Below are positions 20,362 through 26,762 of a DNA stretch of 36,186 nt, one piece after another. A program made the position numbers and the translations under genes. Each line of letters opens with the position of its first letter. The stretch's first letter is position 1. The stretch comes from an uncultured Prevotella sp. Lineage in GTDB: Bacteria > Bacteroidota > Bacteroidia > Bacteroidales > Bacteroidaceae. The stretch spans positions 1 to 36,186 of the forward strand of contig CAMOGP010000001.1 in assembly GCA_946614175.1 (NCBI GenBank), read 5' to 3'. The notes beneath the pieces were generated by a model, which had not been told where the DNA came from, searched no databases, and saw only the letters and a list, made by a program, of their open reading frames with translations.

Positions 20362-21767
20362 TATCTGACTACCTCCTTTTTCTTTCTATAAATTATATCG
20401 TATGTCAGATGAATACCCGCATTGGTAGGACCAAGCCACATGAACTGATGGTTACGCTCCTTAAACTGACTGGTACTACCATGATAATCATAATAGTAAA
20501 GACCATCAACAAATCCTGTGATTGGATTACCCCATACGTAAGGGTCGTAGCGGGTAATAAAAGTTCCTATACTGAGACTTAGCTCCAGTCGAAGACTGCC
20601 TTTCTTGTTCAACCTACAGGTATGACCAATGGTAAGACCGGCACCACCACCTTCGCCTTCCCAGCCCTTGGTAGCACTAAAACCGATTCCGTATTTTGTG
20701 CCCTCTAAGTAAGCAGCAAGATAAGGACCAATGAATGCTCCCCCACCCTTGAAATAACGTCGTAACTCTAACTGTACATCACGCACCTGCATAAACTTAT
20801 GCTCACTCCAATGACGATGATTAGAGAATGTGAAGCCTGCATTATAGGTATAATGGCCTATAAGTGGGTAATATTCTAATTGAATATTGCCACTGGTGGC
20901 AAGGCCGAATTGTGGCACATAGGCAAAATCATGAAGGAGATTTGTCCTGGCCGCAATCAGATGCCTACGCGCATATTTCTTTTCTACAGCAGGTGCTGAC
21001 TCAACTATAGATATGTGATCAGGAAGCGCTGGAATGGCAAGCATCTCTGTCTTTGCGGTAAAATGATAAGAGGGTATAGGCATGTGTTTCGGACTGACTG
21101 CAAACCATAGCACTACACGACTCTGACGCAACGTGGGGAAGTAAACCTGCAACAGACGCTTCCAGGTCTTTCCCTTATTATATGCCATCAACTTCTTCTT
21201 GCACAGACGTTCATCACCATGGCAACTCTCCCAGATATATTTTACTTGTTTATATTCCGCATCACCAGCAAGCTCCATCAGTTTTACCAAATAGGCATAA
21301 TCCTCCGTCACACACTTTGCATTCAACGGACGGTCGGCAATTGGCTGATCCAGATTACTGCTAAGAAATTCTATCAGGCGCTTGGTACGTTCACGGCTCA
21401 AACGGACATTATTCTGATAAGGACCTTCTGGAGAGGCAGCACCCTTAACATAGACCTCACGAAGAACAAGATTATTCTCCTTGAGCCAAGGCACCAGACT
21501 GTCATTATATAAGGGAATAAAAGGATCGTCCTGAAGCAACTCTGTTCTGTTAACTCGGAATCGGATACCACGAGCAATCACATCGAACAAAGAATCCGTA
21601 ATAACAGGGGGAGAAGTGACTATAGAATCGGATACAAAAACGAACGGATAATTCGGCAACTGCTTGTACAACAGAGAGTCTGGTCTCTGGGCCAATGTTG
21701 ACAATTGGCCAAGCAGAACAATGGTAATTACCAAAATTACCCTAATCATACTAATAAATCTACGCAC
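20361..21767 (-). CDS. DUF3575-type outer-membrane protein with N-terminal OmpA-like domain
   Basis: Signal peptide ending LAQ; IRFRVNRTEL...GAASPEGPYQNNVRLSRER (OmpA-like), then ARTNLLHD...NIQLEY...WLGPTNAGIHLTY beta-barrel. Start GTG 21767 or ATG 21749. Confidence 0.8.
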   Translation of the reverse strand: MRRFISMIRVILVITIVLLGQLSTLAQRPDSLLYKQLPNYPFVFVSDSIVTSPPVITDSLFDVIARGIRFRVNRTELLQDDPFIPLYNDSLVPWLKENNLVLREVYVKGAASPEGPYQNNVRLSRERTKRLIEFLSSNLDQPIADRPLNAKCVTEDYAYLVKLMELAGDAEYKQVKYIWESCHGDERLCKKKLMAYNKGKTWKRLLQVYFPTLRQSRVVLWFAVSPKHMPIPSYHFTAKTEMLAIPALPDHISIVESAPAVEKKYARRHLIAARTNLLHDFAYVPQFGLATSGNIQLEYYPLIGHYTYNAGFTFSNHRHWSEHKFMQVRDVQLELRRYFKGGGAFIGPYLAAYLEGTKYGIGFSATKGWEGEGGGAGLTIGHTCRLNKKGSLRLELSLSIGTFITRYDPYVWGNPITGFVDGLYYYDYHGSTSQFKERNHQFMWLGPTNAGIHLTYDIIYRKKKEVVR

Positions 21768-21802
21768 TGGACTTTCCTGTTTTGTATCAATCTTTTCAGA
21801 TA

Positions 21803-21836
21803 CAAAATTAGTCTTTTTTTCTTCTTTTTAGGTAAA
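21803..21836 (-). promoter_or_regulatory. Probable sigma-A promoter of the pilus operon
   Basis: TAATTTTG -7 element at 21803-21810 (minus strand); only an imperfect TTTA about 22 nt upstream as -33. Confidence 0.5.
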
Positions 21837-21890
21837 TAAGACCAAATAATTTACATAAATTAACCCGATAGTTTTCATAATATCCAATAG

Positions 21891-21922
21891 ATTCTTCGAT
21901 TTTTTCGCAAAAATCGAAGAAT
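21891..21922. repeat. Perfect 14-bp inverted repeat (terminator or operator)
   Basis: attcttcgattttt-tcgc-aaaaatcgaagaat; 48 bp downstream of the 21971 gene stop; no U-tract on the minus strand. Confidence 0.7.
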
Positions 21923-21970
21923 CAAAATACGGCAACAATTATTAACACTCAAAACTTACATTTCAACTTA

Positions 21971-22357
21971 CTACAATTCAATTAACCCATAAAAGCAATA
22001 TTGCCCACGAATTATCTGCAATTCACAACCACCAACCAATTCGCTCGGTAAGGTGATGTTGGAAGTATCTTCAGGAATAACAGTCGTATATTTCACAGTT
22101 CCGTCCTCATCCAATAACTGCAGAGTACAACCATCACAGGAAGTATTAAAATATATGGTATGATTATCCAAGCTTAGAGATGGCGCCTTGACAGAACTGT
22201 GACTGATAGATTTTGCAGAGTTTGCAGAATCCATCTTTTTCACGTGCAGGTACACATTCTCGAATGAAAACAAATCCTGAGATTGCGAATAAGCACCAGA
22301 AGGCATCAAAAATAAATGTCCGAGGACCGCAAAAAAATACTTTCCCAATGTTTCCAT
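21971..22357 (-). CDS. Small secreted DUF3244-like Ig-fold protein, paralog 1 (128 aa)
   Basis: Signal peptide ending AYS^Q; C-terminal 70 aa are 45/70 identical, ungapped, to the next gene; CDGC motif, LP..L.G..ELQIIRG.YCF.G. Confidence 0.75.
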   Translation of the reverse strand: METLGKYFFAVLGHLFLMPSGAYSQSQDLFSFENVYLHVKKMDSANSAKSISHSSVKAPSLSLDNHTIYFNTSCDGCTLQLLDEDGTVKYTTVIPEDTSNITLPSELVGGCELQIIRGQYCFYGLIEL

Positions 22358-22378
22358 AACTGTTTAAAATTTACGTGG

Positions 22379-22410
22379 CAAAGGTAAGTCAATTTGCACA
22401 TCGCACCAAA
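22379..22410 (-). promoter_or_regulatory. Bacteroidota sigma-A promoter for the 21971-22357 gene
   Basis: TTTG (22407-22410) - 20 nt - TACCTTTG (22379-22386), exact consensus. Confidence 0.8.
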
Positions 22411-22425
22411 TTTTCAAAAAAAAAT

Positions 22426-22445
22426 AGTTCGGGAAAGTTCGGGAG
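22426..22445. promoter_or_regulatory. Direct-repeat box 1 (AGTTCGGGAA AGTTCGGGAG)
   Basis: 10-bp-period tandem repeat, 15 bp upstream of the -33 element. Confidence 0.7.
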
Positions 22446-22486
22446 AAACGTCAAAAACCGCATTAAAACAATTTGATTTCCAATGC

Positions 22487-22517
22487 ATTACAAAAAAAGT
22501 TCGGGAAAGTTCGGGAG
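22487..22517. promoter_or_regulatory. Direct-repeat box 2 (31 bp, identical to 23195-23225)
   Basis: attacaaaaaaagttcgggaaagttcgggag. Confidence 0.75.
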
Positions 22518-22542
22518 AATGTTAAAATCTGCATTTTGCAAT

Positions 22543-22586
22543 AAAAAAGCGCCTCTTTATGATGTTTTCCATCTTAAAGAAGCGCT
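22543..22586 (-). terminator. Rho-independent terminator after the 22605-23051 gene
   Basis: Minus strand AGCGCTTCTTTAAGATG-gaaaa-CATCATAAAGAGGCGCT followed by a T-tract. Confidence 0.8.
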
Positions 22587-22604
22587 ATCGGTTTGGTTGT
22601 TCTA

Positions 22605-23051
22605 TTACAACTCCACGAAACCAAAGAAGCAATAGTTACCACGAATAATCTGAAGTTCATACTCTCCACTCAGGTAGAATGGCAAAGTTATGGTTGATGT
22701 ATTCTCGGGTATTTCAACTGCATATTCCACATCGCCATCTTCATTGACTAATCGCAGAGTACAACCATCACATGAGGAAGCGAAATACAGTGTATGATCC
22801 TGAATACTCAAAGACGGAATCCTTACTGGGCTACGCTTGATATTTTTAACAGGTATAGATGGATCAATACGTCTAACCTCCAGTGACAAGCCATTAGATA
22901 CTGACGATGAACGTGCAGCCTTCTGAACAGATGAGGCACCTAAAGCCTCTACATACAACTCTGCTTTTGCTTGTTCTGCCCATTCTTGAGCGCTACTACT
23001 TAATGATACTAAAAGGAATAATCCTGCGGATAAAAAAGATTTTTTTAACAT
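22605..23051 (-). CDS. Small secreted DUF3244-like Ig-fold protein, paralog 2 (148 aa)
   Basis: Signal peptide ending SSA^Q; IDP...KRSP..IP linker, then the shared 70-aa C-terminal domain with CDGC. Confidence 0.78.
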   Translation of the reverse strand: MLKKSFLSAGLFLLVSLSSSAQEWAEQAKAELYVEALGASSVQKAARSSSVSNGLSLEVRRIDPSIPVKNIKRSPVRIPSLSIQDHTLYFASSCDGCTLRLVNEDGDVEYAVEIPENTSTITLPFYLSGEYELQIIRGNYCFFGFVEL

Positions 23052-23085
23052 AATAATTTAATAAAGGGTTATAGTAATCGGCGGA

Positions 23086-23116
23086 CAAAATTAAACCTTT
23101 TTCTCCTATACACAAA
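23086..23116 (-). promoter_or_regulatory. Bacteroidota sigma-A promoter for the 22605-23051 gene
   Basis: TTTG (23113-23116) - 19 nt - TAATTTTG (23086-23093). Confidence 0.75.
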
Positions 23117-23194
23117 ATAAAAAGCGAGGAAATTTTTGAATAAAACCCTCTAAAAATAAAATATATCAACAAAAGCCATATTGATTATCAACGA

Positions 23195-23225
23195 ATTACA
23201 AAAAAAGTTCGGGAAAGTTCGGGAG
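23195..23225. promoter_or_regulatory. Direct-repeat box 3 (31 bp, identical to 22487-22517)
   Basis: attacaaaaaaagttcgggaaagttcgggag; begins 2 bp past the stop codon of the TPR regulator. Confidence 0.75.
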
Positions 23226-23227
23226 CA

Positions 23228-24988
23228 CTACCTAAGAGCATTAAAAAGGTTACCTTTTAGCGATCTTGCACCTTTCTGACCAAACAATCGTTCGTTGGCA
23301 TCTGACTTCGCATCAGACAAAACAGACTTAGAATTACCCAACATCGTTCTGATGGAAGCGTCAGACAAACCAAGAATAATTAAGATACATACCTGTACCT
23401 GCAACTGAGAGAGTGGCATTCCTTCTGAGAACGAATTTCCTTCAGCGAACGATTTGTAGAGGAGTGGAAAACTTTTACGAAACTGACTAATCAATAAACT
23501 CCATTCGGCATCGGAAGGATTGGGCTTTTCTGTTTTGCTGTTTGACATCTTGATAAACACCTGAGCTATCGGACTATTTACAAACACAACATTTGTTCCA
23601 ATATATTCTCCTCGGACATCCACTTGTTGCAAGGTTTTTATAACACGACTCAGTTCGGCCTCTTTCGCTTCCTTTGCAGCAATAACACGCTCATAATCCT
23701 TACTCTTCAGCAGTTGCAATTCCGCTGATATCTCTGAACGTGCCCTAACAACACTCTCTAATTTCTTAGATAACCTTTGTATCTCCAGCTTTTTCTTGTT
23801 CGTATAACGAATATATAGCCATAAAAGCAGCAAGACACCAAGTAAGGAGATGCCAACAATGCAGGTTGCCCTCATTCGCAGTTTTCGAGATGCTTCACGT
23901 TCCTGTTCAGCCTCTTTCTGACTTCTATTGTAATTGTACAAGGCCGACATCTGATGAATGGCATTTGTACGCAACTGATCATGGAGCGTATCCTGTGCAG
24001 CTTCATATAACAGGGAGAAATGGTAAATAGAATCTATATCATGACGCTTTCTATAAACATTCAGCAACCCCCTATAGCCTTCAGACAGATAACCATAGCT
24101 GATAGCTTTTCTAAAGGACCGTTCCGCAGATTCCAAATGATTTGCGGACAATTCATAGAAACCTTTGACATAATAATAGCCTTCACGTCCACTGGCAACA
24201 GTTCCATTTTCATAATACAAACCTGACTCCTTTTCAAATATGTCCTTAGCCCACGTTGCCTTATCCATCTGTCCCCTTTCCATATAATAAAAAATGGTGG
24301 GACACAAGACCGTTGCAGCTCCTTGGTTATCACCAATACGCTTCAAATTCTCATATACAGCGTGCGACACATGAAATACTGAGTCAATATCATTCAACAA
24401 GATATACGGACTCACCAATTCAAACTTAGCTAAATAATAATCCCTTTCAGAAGCGGTCTTCCTGACATTCTCAACATAATTGTTCAATGCCCATATCTCA
24501 TCTTGAGGCAGATTCTGATGATGAAATACCAAAGACATCTGCCCATAGATATTCTTAAGCAATTCATAATTACAGTCAGCTCTGGTAGTATCCACTTTAC
24601 TCAGAGCAGTATAATACGCTTGAATACCTTCGGGCGACTGTCCCAAATCTATCAAAGAACAGCCATACACATAATATGCCAGGGCCGCTTCGTCATCATC
24701 ACCATTGGCATCAAAATAATCAGCCAACTCCTTTGTGAGAGAATCGGTAGTAAAAGCTGTACCTGATTTCATTTTGGCTGCAGCCAACTGCAACTGATAC
24801 TGTTTCTGAAAATGAGAACCAAACTCTGACTGATGCTTACCTAAACTATCTAAAATAGCAAGGGCAGAATCGACATCATGATACATAACAGCATTTGCAT
24901 GGGACAACGCATCACGATAATCACGTTTCTCCGAACAAGAAAGAAAAGCAAAAAGAGCGACAAAGAAAAATACGAACTGTCTCATCAA
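23228..24988 (-). CDS. TPR-repeat, membrane-spanning one-component transcriptional regulator with C-terminal LuxR-like HTH
   Basis: N-terminal lipobox FLSC; helical TPR-like repeats (ALAYYVYGCSLIDLGQSPEGIQAYYTAL, YYYVKGFYELSANHLESAERSFRKAI); TM helix CIVGISLLGVLLLLWLYI; coiled coil; LSQLQVQVCILIILGLSDASIRTMLGNSKSVLS HTH-like tail. Confidence 0.75.
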   Translation of the reverse strand: MMRQFVFFFVALFAFLSCSEKRDYRDALSHANAVMYHDVDSALAILDSLGKHQSEFGSHFQKQYQLQLAAAKMKSGTAFTTDSLTKELADYFDANGDDDEAALAYYVYGCSLIDLGQSPEGIQAYYTALSKVDTTRADCNYELLKNIYGQMSLVFHHQNLPQDEIWALNNYVENVRKTASERDYYLAKFELVSPYILLNDIDSVFHVSHAVYENLKRIGDNQGAATVLCPTIFYYMERGQMDKATWAKDIFEKESGLYYENGTVASGREGYYYVKGFYELSANHLESAERSFRKAISYGYLSEGYRGLLNVYRKRHDIDSIYHFSLLYEAAQDTLHDQLRTNAIHQMSALYNYNRSQKEAEQEREASRKLRMRATCIVGISLLGVLLLLWLYIRYTNKKKLEIQRLSKKLESVVRARSEISAELQLLKSKDYERVIAAKEAKEAELSRVIKTLQQVDVRGEYIGTNVVFVNSPIAQVFIKMSNSKTEKPNPSDAEWSLLISQFRKSFPLLYKSFAEGNSFSEGMPLSQLQVQVCILIILGLSDASIRTMLGNSKSVLSDAKSDANERLFGQKGARSLKGNLFNALR

Positions 24989-25464
24989 ATCTTCTCAATC
25001 AGCGCAACGGCATAGGCTGAAATACCTTCCTGCCTTCCTGTAAAACCAAGTTTTTCTGTTGTTGTAGCCTTAATAGAAATCTGATCTGGTTCGCAACCGA
25101 TGACCTGCGCCATACACTGCTGCATCTCAGGAATATGCGGGTTCATCTTAGGTTTCTCCGCACAAATAGTAGCATCGATATTCCCCAGACGATAACCCTT
25201 AGAAGCAATGAGTTCGATTGTCTTCTTGAGGATAATCTTACTATCCATTCCATCAGTCTCTGCAGAAGTATCAGGGAAGTGATAACCGATATCACGCATA
25301 TTAGCAGCACCAAGTATGGCATCACAGATAGCATGAATCAACACATCGGCATCGCTATGACCCAGCAGGCCCATAGTATGTTCCAACTTGATGCCACCCA
25401 TCCACAGGTCGCGACCTTCTACCAACTGATGGACATCATAGCCCATTCCTACTCTTATCATCAT
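24985..25464 (-). CDS. ispF: 2-C-methyl-D-erythritol 2,4-cyclodiphosphate synthase
   Basis: RVGMGYDVH, GHSDADVLIHAICDA, DIGYHFPD, KATTTEKLGFTGRQEGI. Confidence 0.98.
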   Translation of the reverse strand: MMIRVGMGYDVHQLVEGRDLWMGGIKLEHTMGLLGHSDADVLIHAICDAILGAANMRDIGYHFPDTSAETDGMDSKIILKKTIELIASKGYRLGNIDATICAEKPKMNPHIPEMQQCMAQVIGCEPDQISIKATTTEKLGFTGRQEGISAYAVALIEKI

Positions 25465-25507
25465 TCTAATACTTTTGCTATTAAGTTATCCCGTTTATAC
25501 TATATCG

Positions 25508-26713
25508 TTATCTAAAAAGATCTTTCAGACCATCCATATCAAACGCCAAAGTGAAACGCAGCGTTTGATCCAGAGGATTAGTCTGTGCTGTTGAGATGAC
25601 ATAACCCACATCAAGTGAAAAGACATTCATGCGGAAACCGCCACCCACGGTAAAATACTTACGATTACCCTTTGATTCCGATTCATGGTGATAACCGGCA
25701 CGGAGCGAGAACTGATCATTGTACACATACTCTGCACCAACACTCCACTGCACCTCCTCGAGTTCTTCCTTGAATCCGCCTGGAGCATCACTGAAACTGG
25801 TAAAAATACCCTTGATACTCGACATGTCGCTATATTGCTCACGCACATACTGCTGATACTCACTGGCATTATATCTCGTATCATCGCCACCGAGCTCCTT
25901 ATCAATATACTGTTGCATGGTGGGAACCGTAGGAACCAGCAGTTTATTGGCATCAAAGGCAAGTGTGAAGCGGTTATATTCGTCAACAGGCACCAACAAA
26001 GATGCACCTACACGCAGATTGGCAGGAATAAACTGGCTCTCATCATCACCATAGAACGATATCTTACTACCAATATTGGTAACGGTAGCACCAAGACCCA
26101 ACTGGCATTCACGATTGCCAAGCATCACATAGTTATTGTAATACATAGCAATATCTGCTGCAAAGGCAGAGGCTGGCTTAGAACCTTCACTAAAATAGTC
26201 ATAGCGCAAGTCACTGTATATCCAGCGAAGACCAACACCCAACGAAAAAGTCTCACTCAGCATACGAGAATAAGCCACGTCGAGTGCCATTTCATAAGGT
26301 TTCACCGTCATGGACTCATCCAGGCCCTCCTCATCGGTATAAACTTCACCAAGCGAAAAATAGCGCAGAGAACCTGATAATGCGCCATAATCACCTATAC
26401 GATAATAGCCTGCCACATATGCCAAGTCAATATCATTAACCAACTGTCGCAGCCAAGGGGTGTAGTTGAGTGCCACACCTGCACGACTAATGCAGAACGG
26501 ATATTTCGCCAAGTTCCAATACTGAGAGTTGACATCTGGATCTGTAGCCACACCCACGTCACCCATACCGGCGGCACGGGCATCTGGAGCAATGGTCTGC
26601 GAGATAACCGCATGTTCCACTGGGTTGAACGTAGTGTTCTTGTCATCGGCATTAGCCACCACAAAGGATGAAAGGCAACAGCCAATTGCTAAAAGACTTT
26701 TCTTTATATTCAT
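25508..26713 (-). CDS. porV: Type IX secretion system outer-membrane shuttle PorV
   Basis: IAPDARAAGMGDVGVATDPD, YTPWLRQLVNDI, KGNRKYFTVG, NPLDQTLRFTL; downstream of porU. Start ATG 26713 (MNIKKSLLAIG signal peptide) preferred over 26773. Confidence 0.95.
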   Translation of the reverse strand: MNIKKSLLAIGCCLSSFVVANADDKNTTFNPVEHAVISQTIAPDARAAGMGDVGVATDPDVNSQYWNLAKYPFCISRAGVALNYTPWLRQLVNDIDLAYVAGYYRIGDYGALSGSLRYFSLGEVYTDEEGLDESMTVKPYEMALDVAYSRMLSETFSLGVGLRWIYSDLRYDYFSEGSKPASAFAADIAMYYNNYVMLGNRECQLGLGATVTNIGSKISFYGDDESQFIPANLRVGASLLVPVDEYNRFTLAFDANKLLVPTVPTMQQYIDKELGGDDTRYNASEYQQYVREQYSDMSSIKGIFTSFSDAPGGFKEELEEVQWSVGAEYVYNDQFSLRAGYHHESESKGNRKYFTVGGGFRMNVFSLDVGYVISTAQTNPLDQTLRFTLAFDMDGLKDLFR

Positions 26714-26762
26714 TGTATTTGTCGTTATGACGTAATATCGTAATAACGCAACTTCCCCGTTT

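Noticed and set aside
117-21512. Many long plus-strand ORFs (e.g. 1244-2119, 3534-4289, 13236-14069)
   Set aside because: Antisense shadows of the pilin genes caused by codon bias; no recognisable motifs or initiation context
1-21767. Diversity-generating retroelement or shufflon acting on the pilin tips
   Set aside because: No reverse transcriptase, recombinase, TR/VR pair or inverted cassettes seen in this window; one beyond the left edge cannot be excluded
22426-23225. GTTCGGGA repeats as a CRISPR array or IS ends
   Set aside because: Only three copies with irregular spacing (72 and 708 bp), same orientation, no cas or transposase gene; position relative to promoters fits operators
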